A stretch of DNA of 64,000 nt from Octopus sinensis (taxonomy: Eukaryota), in assembly GCF_006345805.1 (NCBI RefSeq), contig NC_042999.1, positions 163,680,001 to 163,744,000 of the forward strand, in the 5' to 3' direction. Position numbers and translations under genes: made by a program. This document shows, in pieces, positions 1 through 12,903 of the stretch. Every line of letters begins with the position of its first letter. Position 1 is the stretch's first letter. The notes under the pieces are model-generated. The model did not search any database. It worked only from the letters and a program-made list of their open reading frames with translations, and had not been told where the DNA came from.

Positions 1-2
1 CT

Positions 3-1180
3 CTAAACAATGTCCCCAAAATAGCCAATAATCTATGGCTTGTAAAGGCCTTATGCGTAAAAATGACGAATTATGCTATTTTGGAAACCACAGTCACAGA
101 GCATAAAAACTGGGTGGGAAAAAAAGTAGAATTTCTTCTACATATACATCATGAAGATATAAAAAAAATACCCACCCAGATATGTGTATCAGACGACCAC
201 AAGTTATATGTGGTCGTCGATGGCAGAAGACCACGTTGCTACATATGCGGCAGTGAGCAACACCTAAAAAAAGACTGCAAATCTGCCGCAAGAAAACAAC
301 AGCAACAACAACAGCAGCCGGAAACAAAAACAAATAAACAAGGTTTACTACCTACACCACTTTTTGCAGGAACAAACCTCACCAAACAAACAACCACACC
401 AACTGCAGCACCAAGAACAGAAGCAGCATCACCAACAACAACAACCAAGAATATACCAACTCCCAAACCAAGGACATCTGCCAAAAAGACACCCAGCAAA
501 AATGAAGAAACAATTACAACTCCAAATCTCCACAAAATTGAGACCCTAAACAACACAACAATACCTACAATCACTCAAACACAAAATACCCAAACCCCAC
601 CTCCAAAACCGCATACACCACAACCAAACGCTCACCAACCAACACCAACAACAAAACCAACACAGTCGACAATAGACCCCAATATTTTCCCTCTTCCAGA
701 CTCCGATTCGTCTGATTTGTCATTAGACGAAGAAGACACGGAAGATTGGCAAATAGCCACAGGGGGGAGAAGAAAAAGGGGAAAAAAAGAAAAGAAAAAA
801 TAACAAACAAAGCGGGAAGATACACCACTCCCGAAACAAAAACATCCACAGAAAACACACATATCAACACAAACACACCATCATCAAACCCCCCAAAAAT
901 GTTGACAGCCATAAACACAAACAACCACGACCTAATGGAACACATTAGGTCAAACACTAACATTACTGAAAACGACATAAAAACAAGTAACCACCCACAC
1001 ACAACACCACCACAACACATTAAAATAATACACGTGACACAGAACACATACAGCACCCTGAAATCTCTTTACCCTGATGCAGTAGGGAGATTTCAAAAGT
1101 ACTCATCGAAAAAACTGTATAAAAGCCTCATAGAAGAAGACCGTGAGGTGAAAGACAAAGAACTTTCGAAAAACAAGTAA
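3..1180 (+). CDS. Tx1 ORF1 (gag-like zinc-knuckle protein), 5'-partial; probable 1-bp frameshift near 780-800
   Basis: Frame is open from position 3. Contains VVDGRRPRCYICGSEQHLKKDC (CX2CX4HX4C), a Thr/Pro-rich linker and a basic stretch. The overlapping ORF 746-1180 continues after an A/G homopolymer run and stops about 40 bp before the ORF2 ATG. Confidence 0.75.
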
Positions 1181-1222
1181 CCTTTTCTCTCTCCTTTTCC
1201 TTTTTTGCACTTTTATCGGAAC

Positions 1223-4200
1223 ATGCTCAGAATAGGTAGTATAAATGTACGTGGCTTGGGGTCGCCTTGGAAACAAGGCTACCTGTTAAATGACATCAAG
1301 TCACTAAATCTGAATATCATAGCCATCAGTGAGACCAGACTCCACAGCTTGCGGGCACTCCAGCACATTTTCGGTACACATTTCAACATTTATTTTTCTC
1401 CGTGTCTACCGAGAATGGGCGGAGGTGGCACCGCGGTGCTTATCCGGAAGAGTCTGGATCTCAAAGTAAGAGCAAATTTCCTAGACCCGGGGGGTAGGCT
1501 GGTCGTTTTGGATGTCGATGGCAGCAATGAGTGTGCTTTTCGACTGATAGCAGTTTATGCTCCGTCCTTAACAGGCCGACCAGATTTCTTTCGACGTCTA
1601 GAGTCTTTCATGGGAACGTCTCGTCCTTTACTTTTAGTGGGGGATTGGAATGCCACCCTGGACACGCATCTAGACTACGTGGGCAGAGATAGCAATAGAA
1701 GGGGATGCAAATGCCTCAAAGACCTGCTCAGACGTTTCCAACTGTCTGACAGGTACCGACTGGACCACCCGAATGTGCCAATGTGGACATGGAGTAACCG
1801 CATCGGGTCGTCCAGATCATACTTAGATAGAGTATTCTGTAGGACAATAGATAAAAATAGTGTAGGTTGTCCACAATTTCATATAGTCAGTTACACAGAT
1901 CACAAGTTTGTGACTTGTACACTTGACTTAGATAAGACACATAGGCAGGGTCCTGGTTACTGGAAACTGAACGCGTCTTTTACAGCACGACAGGTTTACA
2001 GGGACCGGATCAGCACATTAGTTAAGAGAGCTTTGACGGGTACCATCATCAACAACAGATGGTGGTATGCCCTAAAAAAAGCGATTAAAGCAGAATCAGT
2101 CAGATACAGTAGAGCCCTAGCATTAGACCGAAATAGAATAGAGGGAGAATTAGTTAAGGTTTTAGAAGAGGCACTTAGAACTGGCATCGCGTCCAACGTG
2201 CTGGCGGCGAGATTGGCCCTCGACCAACACCTCAACGCCAAACACGAGGGATGCGTTGTCAGAGCTAGGATGCGTGCTCTGAGGAACGAAGGAGTTGGAG
2301 CCGCCCAAGAGGCCCGAGTGGTAGAGACGCAACGAGGCAACAGAGCCACCCCAAGTCTCTTATAGATGAACAGGGGCGCGAATTGCTCGAGCCTAAAAGG
2401 ATGTGTGGGGTTTTTCAACAACACTTCACCCAACTGTTTGGGACAAGTGGTGAGTCAGAAAGCAGAGTGGACTTTAGTGCCTACCTGCATGCCTTGCCAC
2501 GACTCCCAGCAAGGGAGGTGGAGTCTTGTGAAAAGCCTATCACAGCTGCGGACGTACAGGATGCGATGGTAGGCTGCGCGAGAGACAAGTCACCAGGCTT
2601 GGATGGTCTGCCCTACGAATTTTATTTTCATATGCCAGACTTGTTTGGAGGCGTCTTGGCAGCTGTCTACTGCAACTGGCAGCAGAACGGGAGTATTCCT
2701 GCTTTAAAGCGAGGAGCAGTGGCACTGATCAAGAAAGACCCAAACAAGGGGGACGTCATAGATAATTTCAGGCCCATCACTCTGCTCAACGCAGATTTGA
2801 AAATTTTGGCCAAGGTGTTAGCCGAGAGGTTGGCGCTTGTCATCAAGAAACTAATCGACAAGGCGCAAACATGCGCCGTGCCGGGTAGAAGTATTCATGA
2901 CAACCTCCATCTGATGCGCTACATCATAGACAGGGTAGTTAAAAATCCTGGCATGGGTGGGGCGCTGATCAATTTGGATCAATCAAAAGCCTTCGATAGG
3001 GTAGACCATCACTACTTGGAGGCTGTCCTCAAAGCGGCTGGTTTCGGTCCAGTTTTCCGCGGTTGGATCGCTGCATTATACAGCGGCATCCGCTCAGTAG
3101 TTCGCGTAAATGGTCATCTATCCAGACCTTTTAACATCATGCGTTCGGTTCGTCAGGGATGCCCCCTCTCATCGCTGCTGTATGTACTGACTCTTGAGCC
3201 ACTACTGCGGAAACTGGCGACGCTGAGGGGCATCCCACGAGAGCTGGGATGCGGGAGGAGCGTGTCTGCATACGCGGATGACGTCACCGTCATAGTGTCG
3301 AGCTACGAGCACATCGAGCTGGTCGGCGAGACACTGAAAGAATACGAAGCGGTAACGGGAGCAAAAATTAACCGGGAAAAGTCAGTGGGCTTGCGGCTCG
3401 GCACCTGGAGAAGCAAGCCCATGCCGTCCAACAGCGTCTCCATCGTGGGACGCTGGACGGACGGACCGTTAAATTGCTCGGGGTCTGGTTCGGTCCGGAC
3501 CTCCAAATGGAGAAGAACTGGGGCGAGATAACGACTAGGGTGGCTACTCTCACCCAGAAATGGACTGAGAGAAAGCTATCCCTAAAAGGTCGGGCGGAGG
3601 TGGCGAACGCGTACATCGCATCCGTCATCGAGTATCGTCTGACCGTCGTGCCTTGTCCCGACCCTACCATCACCAAACTGGAACGCATACTCTCCGCTTC
3701 TTGTGAAGGGAAACGTTCCGATGGTTAGGCGATCCATTTGCTGCCAACACCCGCTAAATGGAGGGCTGGGCATGCCGTGGTTGATGATGCGCAGACATGC
3801 GCTGAGACTGCGACATCTCCGGCGCTTCATAGACAACGGTGAACAGGGGTGGTCGCCTTTTGTGCGGCGCGCTTTCCCGCAGCTCGTCTCCTTGGACGAA
3901 CTACAGTCATGGATCAAGCAGAGACCGAGGCTAGGCGAATGGCACCGCGAGTGTCGCGTTGCTCTCAAGCAACTCTGCCGTCCGGGATCGAACTTGTGCG
4001 ACTCCATCACAACAAAGGCATTCTATAGAGGATTAGTGGAGGGGAGGTGCGACGACGAACTCGGGCAGAGTCTGGGCGTCGACGAGGAACACCTGACCCG
4101 CCTGTTCAGGACAACTTTCGGGCCGGGACCTATGAACAATCACCAAAGATCCCTGGCCTGGCTTGCTATCGAGAAGCATTACCTGTTCGGGATAAGCTCT

Positions 4201-4650
4201 ACAGACACGGTTCCAGACACACTGGACCGACTTGCCCGAGATGCGGTCAGAGCGACGAAACCGTTCTGCACGCACTCGTGCAATGTCCAACCATTTCCGA
4301 CCTGTGGGCTTATGCCGAACGGCTGCTGTCACGTGTGGGACGAATCCGCCTATCGGCCGAGTCTATCGTGAGAATTGCTCCGCCCCCTTCCCTCAACCGG
4401 AAGGCAAGGCAGTTTTCATCGTACTGGTGGCCATGGTGAAAGAATGTGTGTGGTGGACTCGAGCGAAAGGATTAGAGACAACACTTACCTCTCTGGCCAA
4501 TCGCTCATCAACTTTTTCAAGTACCACTTGAAAAGGAAGGTGAGAATGGAGAGGGAAGTTTTGTCTCGCGAAAGATTCAAAAAAAGATGGGTGAATGTTG
4601 CAAAGATGGTGCGTGCTAGTAACGAAACCATTTTGAGCATGATCCTGTAG
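1223..4650 (+). pseudogene. Tx1 ORF2 (APE endonuclease + reverse transcriptase + CCHC), split by about 6 frameshifts
   Basis: APE motifs SINVRGL, ISETRL, VYAPS, GDWNA, SYLDRVF, TDHKFV. RT motifs KSPGLDGLPYEFY, NFRPITLLNADLKILAK, LDQSKAFDRV, RQGCPLS, AYADDV. C-terminal CPRCGQSDETVLHALVQC. Confidence 0.93.
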
Positions 4651-4954
4651 ATCGTAAAAAAGAAAGAAAGAGAGCATTTTTGATCTCATGTGGTTATTTC
4701 CTCCCTGACTGGGGTTCCCGTGGTCTTTTCTGTAGGCTTTTCTTCCCACGGATGAACCCAATCTTGTTATATCAATGTTTACATCATTATTTCTGTGATA
4801 CACGATTTCCTTTTTTTTCCTTTTTTTTTCCTCCTCTCGATCCCTTTTGATCGCAATCTTACATTTTTTTATTTTTTTCCACCCTCGAAAAGAAAAGCTC
4901 TGCATTTGTATTTGTCCCCTCTGTATTCAGCCCTGTGTGGCTAATAAAAGAAAG

Positions 4955-5092
<138 letters not shown>

Positions 5093-6081
5093 ATGTCCAT
5101 TTGTTTACTAAACTTTACTCTGATCATCTGAATAGTTTACGTTGTGTAAACCCCATGTGGTTGAGACAGATATGTATATAATCAAAATATATATGTATAG
5201 TATATGATATATACATATTTAATAATAATGATTAAAAGTTTTAGCGTATTAAAAAAACTATATAAAAGGAAAGGGGAGAAATGTATTTTTTATATATTTA
5301 ATGTGAGTTGAGGGTTCGTTCTTTAGTTATATCGTTTTGGGATATGTGTGCGTATATTTGACAGTATATTTTGTATGTGAATGTGTGTAAGTCTGTGAAT
5401 GCTTGTAATATGTTATATAAATTTTATAGGCAAGTTAATTTCAGAACGTAATCAAATAAAATTTTCATTTATAACTTTAGCAACCCATATAATTTAAAGT
5501 TTAAGTTTCGTTTAAGTCTGATATATATATATATATATATATATATGTGCCAAACTGTTATGTTTCGTAAATGTGCTATATGCTTACCTGTGTGCTGTAC
5601 GTAAGACTATTAACTTTTTTTCGTTTGCGTGAAATTTTTAGAAATAACTAAGTATCGTAAAAAATATTTGAAACTAATTTAAGAAGAGCTCTTACCAAAT
5701 CTGGTTAAGGAAAAATGAAAGTGAAGGCATAATTCACCTAACGTTCAACTGCTGTTACAAATCAAGGTGATTACGATGTTCAAGTTACTTTGACTCTGGG
5801 AAACGACCATCCAGGAAAATGCAGATTGTAATGCAAACAATAGCACAACGTGTGGTAGCAGAAGGGTATCTAAGAGTCATGACCTTGATGTGGCTCGGTC
5901 CTCTTAGAGTGTAAAGAATTAAGGGCTAAAATACTTGCATGAGGTAGGAGGTGGGTTCTTCTCAGAAGAACTTCTGTACAGCCTTCTCTAGAGTTTTTTA
6001 CTACCATTTTACAAAATTACTTGCAAGTTACCTTAAATTATTTTCAAATATTTTTTACGATATTTACCCCACTTCTTTCTC

Positions 6082-6186
6082 TCACACACACGCACACACA
6101 CATATGCGCCTTCACACACACATATGCGCCTTCACACACACATATGCGCCTTCTCACACACATGTATGTATATCTATTCACGAAAT

Positions 6187-6275
<89 letters not shown>

Positions 6276-6301
6276 TTATCTCTCTCTCTCTCTCTCCGTC
6301 C

Positions 6302-6385
<84 letters not shown>
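6082..6385. repeat. 20-bp tandem repeat (CACACACATATGCGCCTTCA, about 3 copies) followed by (TATC)n/(TC)n
   Basis: Direct observation. Confidence 0.9.
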
Positions 6386-6386
<1 letters not shown>

Positions 6387-6552
6387 CATATAAGTAAATG
6401 TCGAACAATGATAATGAGTGCTCAACACTGTACTGGTGGATAAAAGTTCTTTATTTGCGTGTAAAGGCTACCATTGGCTTCCTATTAAGAAAATATCCCA
6501 ATATCTGAACAATTTTTATGAAAGAATGGTAGCCTTAATGCATAAATAAACA

Positions 6553-6587
<35 letters not shown>

Positions 6588-6699
6588 CTGTAACAGAAAG
6601 GGAGGAATTTCGGTTATCCCCACGTGATGAGTTGTTATATATATAAGAAATTAAAGGAGGAAAATGCACATACTTTACATAGTTTTAATATATTTTAAA

Positions 6700-7770
6700 A
6701 TATATTTTATATTGTGTTTGTTGACCGGTTTCATTTTCGCTAATCATGACATTAAAATTATTTTAATTACGTATTTTCTTAAGAAAAGTGTTTTGCCCAT
6801 GTTGTGTGTGGAGTTTATGAATGAATGATTCAATAAGTAGAAAAATTTAAGGGGGAATAATTGGTGATCGTTATTATTGAAGATAAGGGAGATAATTGTT
6901 CATCTTTCGATGGCGGGAGGGGGGGGGTATATAGACACAAAAATTCAAAAGCTAGAGTAGTGGGGAGAAATATGTACAGTGATGGGTATGTAATCGTGAA
7001 TTGAAATATATAGAGAGATCAAAGTTGGTCATGCGTGCATATTTAGACGTGTTCTGCAGTTTTTGATGAATAAATTTTCTTTATTTAAACGTTCTTGTAT
7101 AGGAATCGTATGTTTGCACTGGTAGATGGGGAAACTGAAATTTGGTTTGATGCTACCTGCACATCTCCCTATGTGTTCACTTATAGGAATCTGTCTATAT
7201 TGTGGGAATCGGATCTGCTCTTTATGCAGAGTGGTTCTCCATCTCAATGTCATACTCTCCTGTCCTATATAGTTTTGTCCACAATCCGAGCAGGTTATTA
7301 CATAAATTAGATATTCAGAGACACATGCGAAACTGGTTTTAATTGTGAACGTCTCTCTTTCTTTGAAAAGGAAATCAGAGCCTTCACTTAGGTTGGGGCA
7401 TGTTTCCCAGTTTGGGCGTCAACATTTTTTAACCGTTGGTTTCGTGGTTGTTGCGTAAACCTTCGCATTTGTTAGAAGTCTCTTTAGTGATTTGCGTTGC
7501 TTTTTGCATTTGATGAATTTATGTGTTTTCAGGACATTGATAATTTTTTGGTCTCTAGTTAGTAAAGGAAGATTTTGCACAATAGTGTTGTATACCTCAT
7601 TGTTTCTAGGGTTTTGAGTTGATATATACAGTAGTGTTTTGAGATGAGGTGTAATGTTATGTTTTGTTGTCCTTTGTATGTTTTTATGTCCTTAGTGTTT
7701 TTATGGCAGGCAAGTATTTTGATCTGAGATCGTGTGTTGAAACGAGCAATTGCAGAGTGGAAGATACTTA
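6700..7770 (-). mobile_element. Penelope-like element 3' remnant (GIY-YIG endonuclease with Cys-rich linker, Neptune-type architecture)
   Basis: Minus-strand translation: LLYISTQNPRNN...KSLKRLLTNAK...KKC*RPNWETCPNL...FTIKTSFACVSEYLIYVITCSDCGQNYIGQ..MTLRWRTTLHKEQIRFPQYRQIPISEHI...ERLNKENLFIK...RLN. A degenerate hammerhead half (GAAACCGGTC) lies downstream. Confidence 0.82.
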
Positions 7771-7816
7771 TTAGTTAATTTTATAATAAATTTTTACTTT
7801 ATTATTAACTCTACTA

Positions 7817-7960
7817 AAGGCGACGAGCTGGCAGAATTTTTACCGGGTTTAAGTTCCGCCGAGGTCGTCTTTGCTTTTCATCCTTTCGAGGTCTATAAAA
7901 TAAGTCCTAGTCCAGCACTGGGGTCGATGTAGTCAACTAAATCTTTCCCTTTGAAATTTC
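7817..7960 (+). mobile_element. tRNA-derived SINE family A (octopus OK-like), degraded
   Basis: AAGGCG..GAGCTGGCAGAAT head and CCGCCGAGGTCG..CTTTTCATCCTTTCGAGG body shared with many copies in this window. Confidence 0.8.
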
Positions 7961-8074
7961 AGTAGACTCAATAATTCTTTTCACTATAGACTCATCATTA
8001 ACTTCTGTTGTTAATTTAAAAAAAAAAACAACTTTAAAACAATAAAATGAAACGGCTTTACATACCCTTCTCAT

Positions 8075-8540
8075 GTGTGCGTGTGGTTGTGTGGTAAGAA
8101 GCTTGTCCAAATTCAATTTTATTCCGTGGCACCTTGAACAAGTATTTTCTACTAGAGCCTCGGGCTGACCAAAGCCTTCAGTATGGATTTGATAGACGGA
8201 AACTGAAAGAAGCCCATCGTATATGTATGTGTGTGTGTGTGTGTATATATATACTTACATACATAAATACATACATACATACATAAATACATACATACAT
8301 ACATGCATACATATATACATAAATGTGTGCGTGTGTGTGTGTTTTTGTGTCTGTAATTGTCCTCCACCACCGCTTGACAATCTGTACTGGTGCGTTTACG
8401 TCCCTGTAACTTATCAGTTCGGCAAAAGTGACCGATAGAATAAGTACCAAGCTTTGAAAATAAGTACTGGAGTCGATAATTCGACTAAAACGTTTTCAGG
8501 GCGGTGCTCCAGCATTGCCGCAGTCTAATGACTGAAAAAA
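8075..8540 (+). mobile_element. tRNA-derived SINE family B (CORE-like; octopus OR-type)
   Basis: GTGTGGTAAGAAGC head, GGCACCTTGAACAAGT core-like motif, internal microsatellite, GGCGGTGCTCCAGCAT...GACTGAAA tail; homologous to 11595-11998. Confidence 0.8.
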
Positions 8541-8659
8541 GATCAAAGACGCACACACGCGCGCGCGTTGTAGAGAGCACAGAATAAAGCTCGTCCACCT
8601 TCAGATTTACATTGAGCTTTTGGGTATCTGACGTGTTTGAGTTCGCTTAGGAACAAAAG

Positions 8660-9062
8660 CATACTAAAAAGCATCATATACAAATTCACAATTACCACAC
8701 CATAACACAAATACGCATACATAGGAGCCTCCGGAAACCATTTCATGGTCCGTTATCGCAACCATATCTCCTCATTCCGAAAGATAAGCAGCGACACGCA
8801 ACGTCACTAGCGGACCTAATATAGAGATTCAAAGAAGGAAACTAAAATACGAAATAAAATGGGCAATAATAAAACATGCGCACCCATATAATACGCTATC
8901 CGGCGTATGTGACTTATGCTTTGAGGAAGCCTTGTGCATTCTGTTAAGTAACGAAAACTTGGTAAACAAGCATGCTGAGAAAATACCGAGATGTCTCCAC
9001 CGCGCCAAATGTGCATTTTTCTAGATTCAGCACTGTGAAATAATAATAATAATAATAATAAT
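8660..9062 (+). mobile_element. Penelope-like element GIY-YIG remnant (Naiad-like CCHH/CxxC C-terminus) ending at (TAA)n
   Basis: Translation across frameshifts: SIIYKFTIT...YAYIGASGNHFMVRYRNHISSFR...HATSLADLI...YEIKWAIIKHAHPYNTLSGVCDLCFEEALCILL..NLVNKHAEKIPRCLHRAKCAF. Confidence 0.8.
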
Positions 9063-9462
9063 TCAGTGAGCTTTTCCCTCTCCTCTTCCCACCAACCCAT
9101 GCGTGCGTGTGCCAGGTTGTATCTCTCTCTTTATATATATACGTATGTGTGCTTGCCTGCGCATGAATGTATGTACCTACATAAGTAAATATATATATAT
9201 ATATATATATCACCGTGATCACCGTGACCGACCAAGCTATCAGATGTTGCTACACATCGCTGGTCACAATGCGTTTCGCATTGTATTAGCCTTCAAATGA
9301 AGCCACCCCGCTGGCTAAGCGAGCAGGCCAATATATATATAAGGGTAGAAATTGATATTAATCAATTAAAACCAGTGGCCTAGCATATTTTAAAAAATCC
9401 GAAGATTAAAATTTTTTGGCATACAAAATTGTACCATAAAAATTGTGTTCGCAAACGACAGA

Positions 9463-9538
9463 CTAAGCTGATGATCTTGCAGATGTTTATGTATTCGTAT
9501 ACATAAATTATTAACAAGTGAAACTAATTAGTACATAG
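9463..9538 (+). ncRNA. Type I hammerhead ribozyme motif
   Basis: CTAAG-CTGATGA-tCTTG[TTTATGTAT tcgt ATACATAAA inner hairpin]CAAGt-GAAAC TAATTA GTA-CATAG. Intact core, palindromic stem III, one mismatch in stem I. Confidence 0.8.
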
Positions 9539-10200
9539 GTATTCGCTTTTTATTTTGCATATTTTCATTTGTCTTGCTTATTTTTACGCTTTGGTATTTT
9601 GCTGAATTTTTTCTTGAGAACACACTCTCCGTAGAAAATGCCAATTTTGACGTCTAGCATACAGGCTGTCCACTTTTAGTGGTCAATCCTCTAAATTTTG
9701 TATATATATATATGTTTGTAATAATTTTTTTCGTTCGGCGTCAACAGCCCTTCTTATCTTGCTTTTCCTTGTCCTGTCTTCTACTGTTTACAATTTGCAC
9801 TGTCGTTACTGTCCTGTTGTTACTATTTTTTACCCCTCTGCGAAAAGATCTCAGAATTTTAATTGATTTGCTTTTCGCAGGAAGGAAAGTTTTCTTGTCG
9901 AAGATACGTCTTGCTTTTATCCTTCGAAACGTAGAGTAGATGAAAGCTTTAGCGACTGAAGAAGGGGTTTTTTCTTTGTGTTAATTGTCCTGTATTCTAT
10001 TTTTTGTTGTTTTTAAATATATGTCCAGTTCCTTTGGTTTGTGTCTATGCTTTCGTTTCTCATTGTGTTCAACGTCCTTTTGGTGTCCTGTACTCATATA
10101 TGCGTGTATATGTACATGTAGAGGTAGGTACGTACATATATGTTTATATATATGCATATGTTTTATTTTATTTATTAATATATTATATATATAGATATAG

Positions 10201-10237
<37 letters not shown>

Positions 10238-10718
10238 GTGCGTGTTTGTGTATGCACACCGAACATATGTGTACGATCGAGTATATATGTGTACATATAT
10301 TCATATAGATATATGTATGTGTGTGAATATTTACATATTTATATATATTTGGGTGTCAGTGTGTGCATGTGCGCCCGTGCGTGTGTATGTAAGTTGATAT
10401 ATAAGTATATGTGTGTATGTGTGCGTGTGCATGTGTATGTGTGGGTGTCCGAGCGTTGAATCTTAAAGGTCAGGTAAAGAAAAATCGCATATGTATCCAG
10501 CCATGAAAAACAAATCAGCAGTACAAAGAAATAAAATGGCAATCCCTTTAAAACAGCAACACAGTACCAGAAACCCATCCCACTACATCTACAACATTCA
10601 AAGCAGCCTGCCAACAGCCCTTCAACAACAACACACCGTGATAAGCTCAGTGACTACTACTAAATTCAGGCCACGAGAGACAGAGGATTTTAAACTTACG
10701 GAGACAATATTTACATAG

Positions 10719-10820
10719 CGCCTGAAGAAACACAACAAGATTTCATAATGCAGGGAAGCAGCTGCGTACTCAAGTGCCTGCACTCCTGGAGAACTACGTT
10801 GCATGGAAACAATTGTAGTG
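10719..10820 (+). ncRNA. Degenerate type I hammerhead motif with long stem II
   Basis: CGC-CTGAAGA-[about 77 nt with CAAC/GTTG and TGCAGG/CCTGCA pairings]-GAAAC AATT GTA-GTG. Base of stem II is mismatched. Confidence 0.5.
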
Positions 10821-11422
10821 ATTGAAAAATAAACGACCAACTTTACCCCTTCTTGCTGACTCCAATTTTTTCAATTTTTTATATATATATATGTATATAT
10901 ATATAGATGTATATATAGCAGGAAGTTGAGGTTAGAAGAGATAATGTTGTCATTGAGACTCAAAGGCGTCAGGTAATGCTGAATAAGTGCTATAGACAGA
11001 CCATAGTTAAGTTCCAGATTTTTTTCTCTTTATTTCATTCCTCTCTTCCTGTTTCCAATTTAACCATACTAAGACACTCCCTATTTCTAGGTCATTTTTA
11101 AATACAAACCTTTGACTCTGCAACACTCTATATAAATTCTCTACTGGGAATAACCAAGTTTAAAAACCGCTGGATCTCACTCCTAAGGGAATCTTACTTT
11201 GCTTATGAACTCTATATTTGGATGGACTCATATTAAACTCTGTTGGACTTTTGGATTTTACTCAAAGGACATTGGAATATTGCATATATACCATTATGCC
11301 TATAAAACGGATTTGCAACTTCAATACCCATACATATCTTGCATCTAATTCCTTTCCTCCACCTCACTCTCTATTTTGTATCACATCTAAACTAACTATG
11401 ACTTAATTTTTCCTCTCACACC

Positions 11423-11474
11423 GTCTCCGATGAAGGGATATTATTAATTAATATCCTAGAAACAGCTGTAAGAC
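11423..11474 (+). ncRNA. Minimal type I hammerhead ribozyme motif (U4C core variant)
   Basis: GTCT-CCGATGA-aGGGATATTA ttaat TAATATCCTa-GAAAC AGCT GTA-AGAC. Confidence 0.8.
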
Positions 11475-11547
11475 CTTCTATCTATAAATGCTCTAATATC
11501 CATACAGCCTTGGTTTTTTTTATCTTATTACGCAAAAAATTCTATAT

Positions 11548-11592
<45 letters not shown>

Positions 11593-11594
11593 TA

Positions 11595-11995
11595 GGCGCA
11601 GGAGTGGCTGTGTGGTAAGTAGCTTGCTTACCAACCACACAGTTTCGGGTTCAGTCCCACTGCGTGGCACCTTGGGCAAGTGTCTTCTACTATAGCCTCG
11701 GGCCGACCAAAGCCTTGTGAGTGGATTTGGTAGATGGAAACTGAAAGAAGCCCGTCGTATATATATATGTGTGTGTGTGCATTTGTGTGTCTATGTTTGT
11801 CTCCCCAACATCGCTTGACAACCGATGCTGGTGTGTTTACGTCCCCGTTACTTAGCGGTTCGGCAAAAGAGACGGATAAGATAAGTACTAGGCTTACAAA
11901 TAATAAGTCCTGGGTGCGATTTTCTCGACTAAAAGACGATGCTCCAGCATGGCCACAGTCAGGTGACTGAAACAAGTAAAAGAGAATAAAAAGAG

Positions 11996-11998
<3 letters not shown>
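11595..11998 (+). mobile_element. tRNA-derived SINE family B, near full length
   Basis: A-box-like TGGCTGTGTGGTAAG, B-box-like GGTTCAGTCCC, CCTTGGGCAAGTG core-like motif, conserved 3' tail; flanked by (TA)n. Confidence 0.88.
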
Positions 11999-12043
<45 letters not shown>

Positions 12044-12048
12044 ATGTG

Positions 12049-12088
<40 letters not shown>

Positions 12089-12100
12089 CATCTATATATA

Positions 12101-12136
<36 letters not shown>

Positions 12137-12167
12137 GTATATATATATACACATACATCTATATATA

Positions 12168-12224
<57 letters not shown>

Positions 12225-12230
12225 TATATA

Positions 12231-12839
12231 TATATAATATATTCAACAATAGTATTAAGGAATGACCCTGACAGGCCGTTCAAATCAATTGAAAGAGCAG
12301 CTAAACTCAAACCGCAAAATAGTAGTAATTCTGAAACTAAAGGAGAAATAAAAACATTTATCCCCTTCAACTTTGTACCATGCATAGTTTCAACATTTTT
12401 ACGTAATCGAATTTAATTAAATTAAATTAAATCCGTTTACGATTGGCTTGTCTCATCAGCAAAGTAGCCAAAGAAAAGGAAAATATATACACACGAGGCA
12501 GCACCATCGAAGCCTCGAGTTTATATATCCTAAATTTTCGAAATCCACCGTAACCGCGCCATCTACTCAGCAGCAAATATAAACTGCTGATACAATTTCA
12601 GAATTAGTCAAAAAATCATTAATTAATCAATATAAGGGTAGCAAAAAAATCCAAGAAAAATTCAAGAAAAATTTTCTGCAACCAGCGGTCAAGTGAGAAA
12701 GTAGAAATAGTCACAGACTATATAATATATTCAACAATAGTATTAAGGAATGACCCTGACAGGCCGTTCAACTCACTTGAAAGAGCAGCTAAACTCAAAC
12801 CGCAAAATGGTAGTAATTCTGAAACTAAAGGAGAAATAA
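12231..12839 (-). mobile_element. Non-coding hammerhead-bearing element: 488-bp unit plus 121-bp terminal direct repeat, inside (TA)n
   Basis: 12231-12351 is repeated at 12719-12839 (offset 488, 3 substitutions). Hammerhead at 12370-12465 on the minus strand. (TA)n on both sides. Confidence 0.8.
12370..12465 (-). ncRNA. Type I hammerhead ribozyme motif with extended stem II
   Basis: Minus strand: ACTTTG-CTGATGA-GACA[CGGATTTAATT/AATTAAATTCG hairpin]TGTT-GAAAC TATGCATG GTA-CAAAGT. Perfect 6-bp stem I and intact core. Confidence 0.88.
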
Positions 12840-12860
12840 TATATATATATATATATATAT

Positions 12861-12903
<43 letters not shown>

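Noticed and set aside
5120-5180. CTGAATA...GAGAC...GTA hammerhead-like string
   Set aside because: Both core boxes are mutated and there is no stem I.
5951-6443. Long ORFs such as (SIYL)n here, poly-N/I at 19250-19958, (YVCM)n at 39574-40463 and (YI)n elsewhere
   Set aside because: Translations of stop-free microsatellites; no evidence of coding function.
6718-6790. Hammerhead half GAAACCGGTC on the minus strand downstream of the PLE remnant
   Set aside because: The 5' core (CTTAAGA) and stems are degenerate; not called as a ribozyme.
9830-9970. Hairpin plus GAAACGTA and a downstream CTGAAGA
   Set aside because: The motifs could not be assembled into a consistent hammerhead fold.
11595-11665. 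tRNA-like A/B boxes in SINE heads
   Set aside because: These are SINE promoters; no complete cloverleaf, so not called as tRNA genes.
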